Both the position numbers and the translations under genes were made by a program. From positions 32,001-96,000 of IMG/VR virus record IMGVR_UViG_3300043331_000441: 64,000 nucleotides of DNA; one strand, 5' to 3'. The notes under the pieces were generated by a model, which had not been told where the DNA came from, ran no database searches, and saw only the letters and a list, made by a program, of their open reading frames with translations. Shown here piece after piece: positions 43,079-53,922 of the stretch. This DNA is from a virus. How positions within the stretch are numbered: the stretch's first letter is position 1; each line of letters begins with the position of its first letter.

Positions 43079-45664
43079 TCACGGCCTCTTAATGTCCCCG
43101 TAGACGAATTGGATGCATGACACATATGGCATCTTCAGTACAAAGATGCCATCCGCGAATTGACCTGATCCACCGTCGTCTAATTGGGTATCAGCACACC
43201 ACGCTGTGTAGGCAAAATCTCCCACGATCTTGATCGGATTGTTCGTCGTAGAGAACTGATACATAACCCAACGATTAGTTCGGTTGGCCCCATCTTCGGT
43301 TGCGGTTTCCATTATTGCTGGAACACCGGCCATCGCGAAACCAAGACTGAATCCGGGACTGGACTTGAGAATCTTCGGCTCGTAGTTGACGAGACTAGAG
43401 ATTGATTCTGACCACATCGCTCTATAGATCTCGCCGTCTGGGCCCATTGCAGATGAATTGCGCGACTGCCGCCATGGACCGGCGGACTTGCCTGGAAAAT
43501 CTGGGTTGTATAGCTCCCATTGTGTGCCGCCGTCGTTCATCACCCAGACATCCCAGATCTCATCATCTGAATTGAAACTTTGCAGCAGGTCACCGGCGAG
43601 AACGAGTTTCCCGAGCGTCTCATTCCAGAAAAGATCATGGTCAATTAATAGTCGTGACCAGAGGAAATTGGGGTCGGGTGCTGTGGTGAACCATTGGAGG
43701 CGATCGTTCCCTTCGATCGAGACCCAGTCAGTGATAATTTCGTCATGCCATCCTGTCCCGACTGTGTAACTGATCGTCTCGGTTGGGTATTCGTTCGCCG
43801 CGCGAAAATAGGTATAGACAAGCGTGAATCCATCAGTGACAAGGCCTTCGCCAGACCGGGCCGCAACCATCGCGCTGAGGCGATCGTAGAACCCGTTCTC
43901 CCCCGATACCTCGTAGACCCCACCGACAATGTCAGGATCGTTGGGGTCTGGGCAGTTGAGGTCTGTCCAGTTAGTTCCATTCCACCGCCAGACGGTCATG
44001 CGCCGGTCGTTGCCGGGTGACGAGACATCAAGCGTTTCCACAGCGGCGACGTAAACGTCCCCATTGCCTGGTGCAAGAATTTCGGGAGCTAGAACCGAAA
44101 GATCGTAGTTCCTCGTTTGGTTCGTGATCCCATACTTGTTCTGCCCCGTTCCCAGTTCTGTTACTGAATCATCAGAGGTATCGAGCGCGAAGCAATGCCA
44201 TTTGAAGAGTGTTTTGTCTGGAACTCCAGGAATGAATGTATCCCATTCCCAGAACGCGAAGTACACGAAGCCGTCGGCCTCTGACGCTTTCGCACTAACA
44301 CCCCATCCGACTTCCCTAAATGCAGTCGGAGGTGTGTTGACATTCAGAGTTGCGACTTGTGTCCAGTCGTCCGTATTCGGGTCGTATTTCTTGACCCCGA
44401 CCCATTCAAGGTTTGACGACTCGTCGTGGACGATTATGTAGACCGTGCCATCAGCGAGCGCGGCGATATCAAAATCAGCCCAATTGATCCCCCATGCGAA
44501 ATCACCTTCATCGTACGGCGTAATGCCCTGATCGGCCCAGATCTCGTCGAGTACGAACTTCTGCCCGCCCCAACCATTAGGACTTCCCCACACGTCCCCT
44601 AGTGGCGTTGCTGGGAATGCCAATGATGGCGTGCAGGCCGATGACGTGGGGGCGCCCGTGTCGCGGGTGAAGCACACTTGCCTGACGTCATAGGGAACAA
44701 GTGAAAACGGACTGGACGACAACTGCGCATCACTAACGGTGAGAATCTCGATTTCATCACCGGGCTGAAGAGGAATCCATGTGCCAGTGAACTCATCGTC
44801 GTTCGTAACCCATGTAGCGCCATCCAAGCCGTCGTAGGCGGAGAATGTGAAATCAGAATCGTCGTCTGGTGCTAGCGTCCCTGCCCCAAGAAACATGCGC
44901 CCATTGACGCGAGCGAGAACTCGGATCGACCCATTGTTCGCTGCGTTTACCGACATCTTCCCCGTAACAGACATCGTGTACTGCCCCGCTACTCCGGCCC
45001 AGGTAAACGTGAGCGTCGGCTCTTGCCCGTCTATTGGATAGTTGCCATTCGGCCATTGATCCCATGCTTCGCGCACGTAATTGGTATCGACGACGCTGGC
45101 GGTCGTGCTACTGGGGTTGATGATGTCGATAGCGTCGAAGCAGACTGGTTCTGCGTCGATCGTGACAGTGACGTCGGCCGCGCCATACGTCGCAAAATCC
45201 CAATCGGTTAGGAAGAAGTAGAAGACGCCATTATCACTTCTAAAGTCACCACCAGATGTGTTGGCCCCATTAAGTCCGCCACACAATAGAAATGTGTCTG
45301 CTGGTGGGTCTGTGGTGCCGTCTCCGATGAAGCGACTATTGAGGTCTTTCAGCTTTGAAAAATCGGGACTGGTCGGGTCAAAAGTTGCATCCGTGACCTT
45401 ATATACGTTTACATAAGGATGGAAATTGGCGTCCCCTCCGGTGCGTACAGCATCAAGTGTTACTTCGACGTTTGGATTGACCCCGTCGATCGCTACGGGG
45501 TAGCCGCTGAGGTCGATCTTCGCCCAAACGCCTTCCCATCCTTCGCCAAATGTAGATTCGTTGCCCTCGAACGTCGCACCAGTGGTGTCTAACGCCAGCG
45601 TGTGTGGAAGCCCGTCCTGCGTAAGGGCCAGGGCGTCCTGGATGTTGTCGTGGAGCGGTGGCAC
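43079..45664 (-). CDS. large tail/receptor-binding protein, paralogue A
   Basis: 861 aa; shared DNIQDALAL and DPT.PDF.KL motifs and a similar C-terminus. Confidence 0.75.
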   Translation of the reverse strand: MPPLHDNIQDALALTQDGLPHTLALDTTGATFEGNESTFGEGWEGVWAKIDLSGYPVAIDGVNPNVEVTLDAVRTGGDANFHPYVNVYKVTDATFDPTSPDFSKLKDLNSRFIGDGTTDPPADTFLLCGGLNGANTSGGDFRSDNGVFYFFLTDWDFATYGAADVTVTIDAEPVCFDAIDIINPSSTTASVVDTNYVREAWDQWPNGNYPIDGQEPTLTFTWAGVAGQYTMSVTGKMSVNAANNGSIRVLARVNGRMFLGAGTLAPDDDSDFTFSAYDGLDGATWVTNDDEFTGTWIPLQPGDEIEILTVSDAQLSSSPFSLVPYDVRQVCFTRDTGAPTSSACTPSLAFPATPLGDVWGSPNGWGGQKFVLDEIWADQGITPYDEGDFAWGINWADFDIAALADGTVYIIVHDESSNLEWVGVKKYDPNTDDWTQVATLNVNTPPTAFREVGWGVSAKASEADGFVYFAFWEWDTFIPGVPDKTLFKWHCFALDTSDDSVTELGTGQNKYGITNQTRNYDLSVLAPEILAPGNGDVYVAAVETLDVSSPGNDRRMTVWRWNGTNWTDLNCPDPNDPDIVGGVYEVSGENGFYDRLSAMVAARSGEGLVTDGFTLVYTYFRAANEYPTETISYTVGTGWHDEIITDWVSIEGNDRLQWFTTAPDPNFLWSRLLIDHDLFWNETLGKLVLAGDLLQSFNSDDEIWDVWVMNDGGTQWELYNPDFPGKSAGPWRQSRNSSAMGPDGEIYRAMWSESISSLVNYEPKILKSSPGFSLGFAMAGVPAIMETATEDGANRTNRWVMYQFSTTNNPIKIVGDFAYTAWCADTQLDDGGSGQFADGIFVLKMPYVSCIQFVYGDIKRP

Positions 45665-45897
45665 TACTCCTCGTAGAGTCCTGAGTAGAACCGTCTCAGG
45701 CTACGAGTGCTTCCGATGAGGCCCTGGCGCGCCTGAGACGTTCCCTGGCGCGCCTCAAGTTCCCCAGTGATCTGAAGAAGAAGAACCTCTAGTTCCTCAG
45801 TTTCCATGCTCTTCAGAGAATTCTTCTGTTTAAACGCAAACGCGATCTTGTCTTTTATCTTCTGCGTTTCTTCCTTGGACTTTCGTTCTCGTCTCAT
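45664..45897 (-). CDS. small helical protein
   Basis: ATGA overlap. Confidence 0.55.
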   Translation of the reverse strand: MRRERKSKEETQKIKDKIAFAFKQKNSLKSMETEELEVLLLQITGELEARQGTSQARQGLIGSTRSLRRFYSGLYEE

Positions 45898-46331
45898 ACT
45901 GTCATCTGTACCGGCCAATAGACGTACACATCGCCATCATCGAGTGGATTCACAGACATCACTCCTGCATACCAATCTGTACCTCCGCCGAAAACCGGGA
46001 ACGTATAATCGAAACTGATTGCCCTGTACGCGACGGGCAGAGTGAACGCGACGGTTCCAGTGACAGCTCCTGCCGTGAGATCAAGACGGCCGATGAACTC
46101 AGTAAAGCCATCGATTCCATGGCGAAATGCACAGTACGCCGTCCCGTACTGGGTAAAGCTGTTTTTCCAGACAGGCGATTCCCATGTCTCGCCTGGCGCA
46201 ACGTCGCCCGTGCCCCCGCTGACGTAGATGTAGGGGCCGGGCAGCACGGGCTTTCGCTGTTCGCGCCTGACGGCCTGGCGGTTCTCCTTGATTCTTCCGT
46301 ACGCCTGCTTGGGGCGAAGTGGTTGTGCCAT
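45894..46331 (-). CDS. minor tail protein
   Basis: Position after the hub protein; W.N.F..Y...C.FR...G....G...G.VAFTLP.AYR pattern. Confidence 0.65.
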   Translation of the reverse strand: MAQPLRPKQAYGRIKENRQAVRREQRKPVLPGPYIYVSGGTGDVAPGETWESPVWKNSFTQYGTAYCAFRHGIDGFTEFIGRLDLTAGAVTGTVAFTLPVAYRAISFDYTFPVFGGGTDWYAGVMSVNPLDDGDVYVYWPVQMTV

Positions 46332-47548
46332 TAGAGACCGTCCGGCGATCCGATGATGTCCGTGTATTCCGCAACACCATCTGCGTCGATGTTGATTTCG
46401 TATTCATACACGAGCAGGGAGCCTGAGTATCCACCTGCCAGGCGTGAGCCAGCTGCAACAGAGATCAGATCGCCGACAGCAAAACTCGCGCCGCCACCGC
46501 TTGCACGCTCTGGCTTGATACCAACAAATGTGCGCGGGACGGCCCGTAGATATGCCTCGTTAGCGAACATCTCCTCGAACAATGGACGCGCTGTGGTCTG
46601 CTCATCCTCGTTCGCATCGTGGATCTGGATTTCCTGCATATAGCCATAGGATCCACGTGATCCCATCCAGCGTGCCACGAGACCGGCGGGCCACAACGGA
46701 CCTGGCTCACCGCCATCTCCATCCGGGCCAGCGTTAGGCGCGGTTGGTGTGATCGAACCAGCCCAATGGGCAATGTCATTCGCGTTCCAGGGGCGCTTCG
46801 GCCCGAGCAGATACCAAAGAGCGTTGATCACTTCTTCCATGTCCACGGTGCGTTGCGCGGACTGCGAGTTAAAGGCGCCCGTCTGGTACTGGATCGCGAC
46901 CGAGCCAGTGAGGTCGTTGACGAAACCACCGTTCGTTAGATCGACCGTGCAGGAACCGAATCCTGGATTGACCAAGATGTTGAGTTGCCCAGTGCTCAGC
47001 AATGTGTCCGCCAGTTCCTGGAGGTTCATCGGCCAGTCAGCGGGCAGTCCTGTCATGTCTGGCCCGCCTGCCGCGACTGAATTCACACCCACCGGAAACG
47101 ACGTCCCTCCGGGGGCGAGCAGATCACAGTCATTGGCAGCTTCGATGAACGCAGCCATGATCGCGGGCGCGGTCACATTGTCTGTGATCACCGCAGTTGG
47201 ATTGGCAAGGTTGCACGGTCCTGGCGCGACCGACATGTTGAAACGATCGACTGCCCCGTAGCCAGTACCTGACTTGCACATGCGCTTGCTGAGATAGATC
47301 AGATGGTCGTAGGCCGTAATCTGCAAGTAGGTGGCGTTCTCGTCACCCTCAACTTCCGTGTACCAAATCGGCCCCGAGAACAGCAGGCCACCGTTCGAGA
47401 GATGCATCTCGCTTGTCCCGACGTTCGCCGTCACAAGATGGCCCGGCACACGCACGACAAGACTTGCGGGACGATTCAGCTTCGGACGCCAGGTGATCTG
47501 CTGGCAGTACGGAGTGATGTTCGTCCCATCGATATCTACAGACCACAT
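46331..47548 (-). CDS. minor tail (hub/Tal-like) protein
   Basis: 405 aa, second gene after the tape measure. Confidence 0.7.
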   Translation of the reverse strand: MWSVDIDGTNITPYCQQITWRPKLNRPASLVVRVPGHLVTANVGTSEMHLSNGGLLFSGPIWYTEVEGDENATYLQITAYDHLIYLSKRMCKSGTGYGAVDRFNMSVAPGPCNLANPTAVITDNVTAPAIMAAFIEAANDCDLLAPGGTSFPVGVNSVAAGGPDMTGLPADWPMNLQELADTLLSTGQLNILVNPGFGSCTVDLTNGGFVNDLTGSVAIQYQTGAFNSQSAQRTVDMEEVINALWYLLGPKRPWNANDIAHWAGSITPTAPNAGPDGDGGEPGPLWPAGLVARWMGSRGSYGYMQEIQIHDANEDEQTTARPLFEEMFANEAYLRAVPRTFVGIKPERASGGGASFAVGDLISVAAGSRLAGGYSGSLLVYEYEINIDADGVAEYTDIIGSPDGL

Positions 47549-47549
47549 C

Positions 47550-48017
47550 TCAGCTAATCGTGGGGTCAGCCGCTACAAGGGTGAACGAGAATGACTTCTC
47601 AAGCATGTTCCCAGAGGTCTGGAACTCTCCACCCTCAGTGCCATACGTGCAGCTGATCGAGTGCGCCCCGCCACCAGTTTCCGTCCAGGATAGGGTGGCT
47701 GCTGAATTCAATTGTGCTTCCAACGCAGACTTTGCATTACTGATCACTGCGTTGACAGCTGCGATATAAGCACTATCACTGATATCTGCCACCGATCTGA
47801 TCAGCACCTTGCCCGTGAATGTAATCACGCGCGGGCCGAAGAACGCGGCATGCACAATCCCGCCATCAGATTGCCCCTGTGGGTCGATCTGCTTGCGAAT
47901 CGGTGCGCCGTCCAAACCCTGGATGTCTCCACCTTCAAAATCGGTGTGGAGCGTGTCACCACTCGTTGCATTGACTGTTAGCGAGCCAAAGGTGTACTGA
48001 ACGCAGGTATCTGCCAC
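47550..48017 (-). CDS. distal tail (Dit-like) protein
   Basis: Immediately after the tape measure; GLDGAPIR...DGG...FFGPRVITFTG. Confidence 0.7.
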   Translation of the reverse strand: MADTCVQYTFGSLTVNATSGDTLHTDFEGGDIQGLDGAPIRKQIDPQGQSDGGIVHAAFFGPRVITFTGKVLIRSVADISDSAYIAAVNAVISNAKSALEAQLNSAATLSWTETGGGAHSISCTYGTEGGEFQTSGNMLEKSFSFTLVAADPTIS

Positions 48018-48019
48018 AA

Positions 48020-51000
48020 CTAGCCTTCCTGCGCTCCACGAGCGGCGTGAGACTCAACGAACCAGCGGCGACCGGCCCATGGATTGCCCTTCGTCTGCTT
48101 GACCGTGCCCGCGCCCTTGCCATTCGTTGTGTCATTACCGCTCTCGCTGAGGATCACCTGCGTCAACTTGTCCAACGCCGCGATCAGAGAGTCGTTCGAC
48201 GAGATCTGCTTATCGACGTCGGACCGCTTAAAGCGGAACCCGCCACGCACCGGGTCTTCAAGTGGTCCGCGCCCCGGAGCGAAGGCTCCGGTCGCGCCAG
48301 CACCCTGACGCCGCTTGAGGAACTGCGCGATATCCGCCGTGAAGCCAGTCGGGCCAGCAAACGGCTGATCGACATTGATCAAATTCCCGGCGATCTCGTT
48401 GAACCTGTCCGAGAACTGCTTCAACAGATCGAACGCGGTCGTGCCCTGCTTCGCCTTATCCGCGGCGTCTTCGAGCACGTTCTTGCGCTCGATCAACCAG
48501 TTGTTCAGCTCTGTGCGCAGCGCCGTTGTATCGCGTCCCGCCTTCTTCGCGGCAGCAATCTGTTTCGCGGTGTTCTTGATCTCAGCGTCGATCGCCTTGA
48601 GCAACGGATTCTTGTTGCCCGTCAGCTCGAACACTGAGCGCGCGAAGTCAACCTGTCCCTGGAGGCGATCCTCAAACAGCTGGTCGCGATCGTCGCGAAG
48701 TTTGTTGCGCTCCTCGACCGCCTTGCGTAGCAGGGCGCCCTCGACCCTGCCAAGACGGATCATTTCGTTGAGCTTCTTGATCCGCGCGTTGGTGATTCTG
48801 ATCTGGCCGGTGATGTCACCGACGGCCTGGGCCGCGTTCAGTCGCGTCTCGAACCGACTCTGCTGACGTTCAAAGCGCTGCTCCGCCATTTGCTGTTCGA
48901 GCGATGCAATGTTGTTATCGATCTGCTCAAGCGTGGTTCGCCTCTGATCGATCTGCTGTTCAGCAACCTTTCGGTCCTTGATGCCCTCATCAATGAGCGC
49001 AATCTCACGTACAGTACGTGCACGCTGGGCACGAAGAACCGCAAGATTGTCAGCAAGATCTGTGGTTTTCTCAGCGCGGATCGATCGTCTCTCTAGGCGC
49101 GATTGCGCTGGTTGTAGGGCATCAAGGAATGCCTGATCAGCCTTATCGCGCGACTCTTGAATATCATCGGCCTTTTGCTTTGCGTCAGCGGTGATCTGAT
49201 CGTTGTTGGACTTGATCTGCCCCGCAAGCTGTGCCTGATCTGCCAAGGCGGTCGAAAGCTCCTTCTTCGCTCGCGCTCGTGCCTTGCTCGGACCCTTTGG
49301 CAGCGTGCCCAAACGTTCAGTGGCGACTCTTTCCCGGCGCCTCGCGTCGGCAAGCTGCTTTTCGAGAACAGCGTTTTGCTGCGCGGGGCCACCACCAGCG
49401 ATCAGCACGCGGTTCATTTCGTCGATCAACGCCTGGGCGCCCTGATTGATCGTGGCGAGCGAACCAAGGAACGCCTGTGTCAGACCTCGTTGCAGCGATT
49501 TCCCAAATTCCTCACCAGTCAGCTCGCCTGTATGGGAGAACCGTTCGCTGCTCGTGGTCGACGCCACCGCCAGCCGGTTGTAAAAGCTCTTTGTGAGGCC
49601 AAAGACATCTGCCCCGGCAAGCTTCCGCTGCAAACCATCAATGACCGCCTGTCCAGCATCCGACCCTGCCTGCCCGCCCAGATTCGCAGGCAATTTAACA
49701 TCAGGAACCGTGAAAGGAATCTTGATTGGCTTTTGATTGGCAAGCTTCTGCAGTCGATCGATGAGAGGCCCGAGACCCTTGGCAAATTTCTGTTCCTCTT
49801 TTGTTCCTTGAGACAGTTCTCCCTGCATCTTTTGCAGACGCACGATTGCCTCGTTGAACCCAGGAAGATCAGGCTGCTCATTTAGCCTGTCGAGAACCTT
49901 TTGTACTTCCTTACTTGCATCCCTTGCGAAGAAACCGAGCTTTTCCAGGCCCTTCCCCACTGGATCAAGCGCAACCAGTGTTGCGGCTGGACTAACTGCC
50001 GCACCCGCAACGATAGGAGCGATCTTCTTCGCGTTCTTTTCTAGGAAACTACTCGTCTGCTTATCGACTTCTCCGGTATCAATTGGTCCCAATTTGATTT
50101 GTGGAACACTTCCCGCGATCCTCTTGGCATTATTGATTAGATCGCGGATCGCCTCGTTGGTTGCGTTGACGTTAGATGCAACTTGTCCTATCGTGTTGGC
50201 AAATAACGTAAGCGGACCAGCAACTACATTCCCAAGAGCTAGGCCCAACGTTGAAAGCTGATTTTTGAGATTCTCTGCTGCTCCAGCAAGTCCAGACATC
50301 CGAGCCGCAGCCAAGTTGGCTGCTGTGCCGGTCTTCTCTAGGCTCGTGATCTGGGCATTGAGGCCGGATGCGCCAGAACGCGCAAGAATCGCTGCACCGC
50401 GAATGGCATCCTGTCCGAAGATGACGGCGAGCGCCTGGTCGCGCTGCGCCTTGGTCAGATCTCGCGTTTTTTGGGCGAACTCATCAAATACATTGAGATT
50501 AATTCCGCCAGTTGCCGTGCGCAAATTAAGACCAAGTTCGTCGATGACCTTTTGAGCCTTCGTTGTCGGATTGATCAGCCTGATCAATGCGGTGCGGAAC
50601 GATGTACCAGCGTCTGAGCCACGCAACCCAGCGCGAGCAAACAGCGTTAGGGCGGCAACGGTCTGCTCCAGTGACAGGCCCGCCTGACGGGCAACCGCTG
50701 CCGATTGGCTGAGCGCAGTACCAATATCAACGATCGACCCCTGCGAGTCATTAGCAGCATTTGCCAATGTGTCTGCGACCCTGACGGCCTGATCACCGGC
50801 AAGACCGAAAGCGTTGAGCGCTGATGCGGCTAGCTCGGTTGCCTCGGCATTGTCGATCCCCGCAGCGGTAGCCAATTGCAGCACTCCACGGACACCATCG
50901 ATCGAGTCCTGCACACTAAGTCCAGCCTTGGAAAGCTCGGTCATTCCTTCTGCCGCGCTCTGAGCACTAACGCCAGGCAACGACACATCAGCACCAAGTT

Positions 51001-52723
51001 GGCGGGCCGTTTCGGTGACGCGAGTCATTTCGTCGGCCGTTGCGCCCGCAGTCACCCTGAAGGTATTCAGTGTTGACGAAAACTTTGCTGCCAGGCCGAC
51101 TGACTTAGCGAGCGTGATGAGCGCAGCTGATGTTCCCAAGAATGCAGCATTTGCCGCCAGCGCAGATCCACGCAAGCCGAGCAAGCTCAATGTATTGGCA
51201 AGAATTGATTCTTTGACACTCTTATTTGCCGCAACTCTCGCCGCTGCCGATCCAAGCTCTGCTGTCGTTGCCTTTGTGGTTTCGATCTGTGACCGTGCGC
51301 GAAGAAGAATATTCTCCTGGAGAAGAGGATTCTGAATTTGGAGCGCCAGTGTCTCTGCCTCAAGAGCCTTTGCAGCAGCAGCTCTAGAGAGACGCAATCG
51401 CTGGTTGGCTGCATCTTCTTCGCTCTTAGCGCCGACAATTTCTCCTGTTGATAGCGCTGCCTTCTGAGCTGAAACGGCGATAGCTGATTCGGCCTTTTGC
51501 AGCGTTCTCAAATCCGCGGCTGAAGCGAGAGTTCTTGTCTTGGTGGCCTCAGCTGCAGCGGTGCCAGCCTTGGTTGAGGCGATCAGCTCCTTGTTTCCCG
51601 TGTCTGTCGCTAGGGCGGCTGCCTTTTCTGCGGCTGCAACTCCAGCCGAGGCAACAGACCGAGCTTTATCTAGTTCAGCCTTCCGTTCAGACAGTGACAG
51701 GCCCGCGGCCAGTGACGCCTGGAGTCTTTTCTCTGCATCGGCCTGGAGTTCAGCAGACCTTGCAACGTTGGTGGCGATAGGATCCTTTACCGCGGTTTGC
51801 GCGACGCCTCTACCTGCCGCCGTAGACGCCTTTTGTGTCGCGTCGACTACCCGAAGGGTGCTCTTTGTCTTAGCGATATCTGCCGCAAGGCTGTCTTTCA
51901 TCTCGCGCGCGTTGCGCGCCAATGCAAGATTCTGCTCCGCGAGCGCCGCTTCGTACGCCTTAGCAGCGCCCCTCGCTGCGATCTGCTGTCTTGCGAGCGC
52001 TTCTGAGAGACGTTCTTGTCGTGTTGCTCCACTCGGAGCCTGACGCGCAAAAGCAGTCTTTGTGAGGGCTTCTTGGAAACGAGTCTCTGCCACCGTCGCT
52101 CTCTTGGTGGCGGCTGTTGTCTTATCTCTTGCTTTTGCGGTTTCTTCTGCCGCCTTTGTGGATTGGGCCAACGCCGGGGCGGCGGACACCGGTGTGGCGA
52201 CTACTACTGGCTGTGGTGCAGCTGCTGGTGCTGCCGTCCTCGTGGTGGCTGCCGCCGCGCCAGCAGCCGGGGCAACCGGTGCGACCACTCCCGTAGACGA
52301 CGCTTTGACTTCCGTTCTGAGCCTTTCCCTGAACCCCTTCAGATCTGGAACGACACGCACGCGAGCGACGACAGTCGCCGATGACTTGTTGACTCCCTCA
52401 CGGAGGCTCTTCTGGAATCCCGTCATCGACGGGACGGCATTTACCGTGACCGTGAACGGGATCTCTTGGGCCGCGGCCGCGGCACGCTTGACCCCGAACA
52501 TGAAGGCCCTGGTGTCAGCCTCGACGATTACTTTCGCGCGAACGAACTTGTTCGTCTCGGCAGTGACTTCGCGAACCTGTGAGCGGAAGAGCTTCGTATC
52601 TGCCCGGACGATGATCGTCGCGGTCTTACGCTCGATCGCCTCGATGTCCTTCTTGATGCGGAAGAAGAACGGCCGAGTGTCGGCCCTAACGACGATTGTG
52701 GATTCGCCGATGAACTCGGACAT
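48020..52723 (-). CDS. tail tape measure protein
   Basis: 1567 aa Ala-rich; TP901-type core ATADEM...ARQLG...SAAEGMTELSKAG...GVLQLATA...DAGTSFR. Confidence 0.95.
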   Translation of the reverse strand: MSEFIGESTIVVRADTRPFFFRIKKDIEAIERKTATIIVRADTKLFRSQVREVTAETNKFVRAKVIVEADTRAFMFGVKRAAAAAQEIPFTVTVNAVPSMTGFQKSLREGVNKSSATVVARVRVVPDLKGFRERLRTEVKASSTGVVAPVAPAAGAAAATTRTAAPAAAPQPVVVATPVSAAPALAQSTKAAEETAKARDKTTAATKRATVAETRFQEALTKTAFARQAPSGATRQERLSEALARQQIAARGAAKAYEAALAEQNLALARNAREMKDSLAADIAKTKSTLRVVDATQKASTAAGRGVAQTAVKDPIATNVARSAELQADAEKRLQASLAAGLSLSERKAELDKARSVASAGVAAAEKAAALATDTGNKELIASTKAGTAAAEATKTRTLASAADLRTLQKAESAIAVSAQKAALSTGEIVGAKSEEDAANQRLRLSRAAAAKALEAETLALQIQNPLLQENILLRARSQIETTKATTAELGSAAARVAANKSVKESILANTLSLLGLRGSALAANAAFLGTSAALITLAKSVGLAAKFSSTLNTFRVTAGATADEMTRVTETARQLGADVSLPGVSAQSAAEGMTELSKAGLSVQDSIDGVRGVLQLATAAGIDNAEATELAASALNAFGLAGDQAVRVADTLANAANDSQGSIVDIGTALSQSAAVARQAGLSLEQTVAALTLFARAGLRGSDAGTSFRTALIRLINPTTKAQKVIDELGLNLRTATGGINLNVFDEFAQKTRDLTKAQRDQALAVIFGQDAIRGAAILARSGASGLNAQITSLEKTGTAANLAAARMSGLAGAAENLKNQLSTLGLALGNVVAGPLTLFANTIGQVASNVNATNEAIRDLINNAKRIAGSVPQIKLGPIDTGEVDKQTSSFLEKNAKKIAPIVAGAAVSPAATLVALDPVGKGLEKLGFFARDASKEVQKVLDRLNEQPDLPGFNEAIVRLQKMQGELSQGTKEEQKFAKGLGPLIDRLQKLANQKPIKIPFTVPDVKLPANLGGQAGSDAGQAVIDGLQRKLAGADVFGLTKSFYNRLAVASTTSSERFSHTGELTGEEFGKSLQRGLTQAFLGSLATINQGAQALIDEMNRVLIAGGGPAQQNAVLEKQLADARRRERVATERLGTLPKGPSKARARAKKELSTALADQAQLAGQIKSNNDQITADAKQKADDIQESRDKADQAFLDALQPAQSRLERRSIRAEKTTDLADNLAVLRAQRARTVREIALIDEGIKDRKVAEQQIDQRRTTLEQIDNNIASLEQQMAEQRFERQQSRFETRLNAAQAVGDITGQIRITNARIKKLNEMIRLGRVEGALLRKAVEERNKLRDDRDQLFEDRLQGQVDFARSVFELTGNKNPLLKAIDAEIKNTAKQIAAAKKAGRDTTALRTELNNWLIERKNVLEDAADKAKQGTTAFDLLKQFSDRFNEIAGNLINVDQPFAGPTGFTADIAQFLKRRQGAGATGAFAPGRGPLEDPVRGGFRFKRSDVDKQISSNDSLIAALDKLTQVILSESGNDTTNGKGAGTVKQTKGNPWAGRRWFVESHAARGAQEG

Positions 52724-53067
52724 CAGCCCTTAGGACCTCCAAAATCAGAACTCTGCATCAGGGCCTGCAACATCGCCATCGAGGCATCGTTATCTGGCGC
52801 CCTCGGCGCAGGCTGCGCTTCACCAGTTTCACCGAGCTTCGAGTTGAGTTCATCCATTGCCTCTTGAAACTTCATTCCGTAGTCCCGATACACCTCGATG
52901 ATTAGCACCCGTGCCACATCAATGACGAGCGGGAATCTCACGCTGGCGGGATCGTGCCCCGCCAGCACAAGGCGTCCGTTTACGTAGCCGCGATTCGCTG
53001 CTGCCCATCCTCCGAGGGCTGAAGCTGCTCGGTAGGGGTTGGCGCGGAGGTGGTCTCCAGCAGCCAC
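52723..53067 (-). CDS. tail assembly chaperone, downstream (GT-like) frame
   Basis: Directly upstream of the tape measure, overlaps the G ORF by about 90 nt in the -1 frame. Confidence 0.6.
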   Translation of the reverse strand: MAAGDHLRANPYRAASALGGWAAANRGYVNGRLVLAGHDPASVRFPLVIDVARVLIIEVYRDYGMKFQEAMDELNSKLGETGEAQPAPRAPDNDASMAMLQALMQSSDFGGPKG

Positions 53068-53366
53068 CGATACAATTCAGCGTAGTGAGAGTGCGGAATC
53101 GGATTCTTCTTCCGCTTGGTTAGAGAGCGCCAACGGGCCACGCCGTCGTTGAAATCAGGGTCGATGAACAACTCGATCCTCTTGATGAAATCAGTGATTG
53201 TGTCGAACACGGTTGGGTCGGCAACGACACCGTCACCGTTGGTCTCCAGATCCTGGTTGTCCTGGTCGAAGACCTTCGCGATGTCCTCCCAATAGGGATA
53301 GATCCAGCGGAACACCTCTCCGCCGATCTCGAACTCGCGGTCCTCCACTACCGTAAATCTCTTCAC
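52980..53366 (-). CDS. tail assembly chaperone (G-like)
   Basis: GGAGG RBS, GTG start; position. Confidence 0.65.
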   Translation of the reverse strand: MKRFTVVEDREFEIGGEVFRWIYPYWEDIAKVFDQDNQDLETNGDGVVADPTVFDTITDFIKRIELFIDPDFNDGVARWRSLTKRKKNPIPHSHYAELYRWLLETTSAPTPTEQLQPSEDGQQRIAAT

Positions 53367-53391
53367 TTCATGCCCTCCCTGAGAGCGTTGA

Positions 53392-53922
53392 TTAGGTCCC
53401 CTGGACCACGTCGTAGCCGTCAAAACACACGGTGATTGACAGCCTGCTTCCACCACAACCGCCATTCGGTTGCAACGGAGCGAGGGCGCCCCAGATCACA
53501 TCGCAGCACCTGTCGAAAAGCTGTCCTTCTGCGATCAGGTGATAGAGGTGGTTCCAGAGTGCCCATTTGTCAGCATTGATCTGCGCGGCGGCCTCCTGTT
53601 GTTCGTTGGCTGGTGGTGGATTTCCATTGGTGTCAGGAACTGGCACACAACGAGAAGCTGTGACAGCGAGTTGGACGCGATTGATACGCGCGATGCTTGC
53701 GCGCGGCAAAGTCGGTGCAGAATCGCCTTCTGAGATCGGGGCGATATGTACGGCGAGCTGATCGCAGCAGTCGAGTGCGACTGGCCCAGGAGCGACAAAC
53801 GACCTCGCTGGTGCGCCAGACAACGTGGCGTCGTAGCTGGGAATCGTGTCGAGAGCTTCAATACAGGCGTCGAGAAACTCTGTTGCCAGCTCGTGAAGAT
53901 CTTGAGGGCCAATACCGCTCAC
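53392..53922 (-). CDS. tail terminator/completion-like protein
   Basis: Head-tail joining block; DCCDQLAV...GGCGG pattern. Confidence 0.6.
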   Translation of the reverse strand: MSGIGPQDLHELATEFLDACIEALDTIPSYDATLSGAPARSFVAPGPVALDCCDQLAVHIAPISEGDSAPTLPRASIARINRVQLAVTASRCVPVPDTNGNPPPANEQQEAAAQINADKWALWNHLYHLIAEGQLFDRCCDVIWGALAPLQPNGGCGGSRLSITVCFDGYDVVQGT

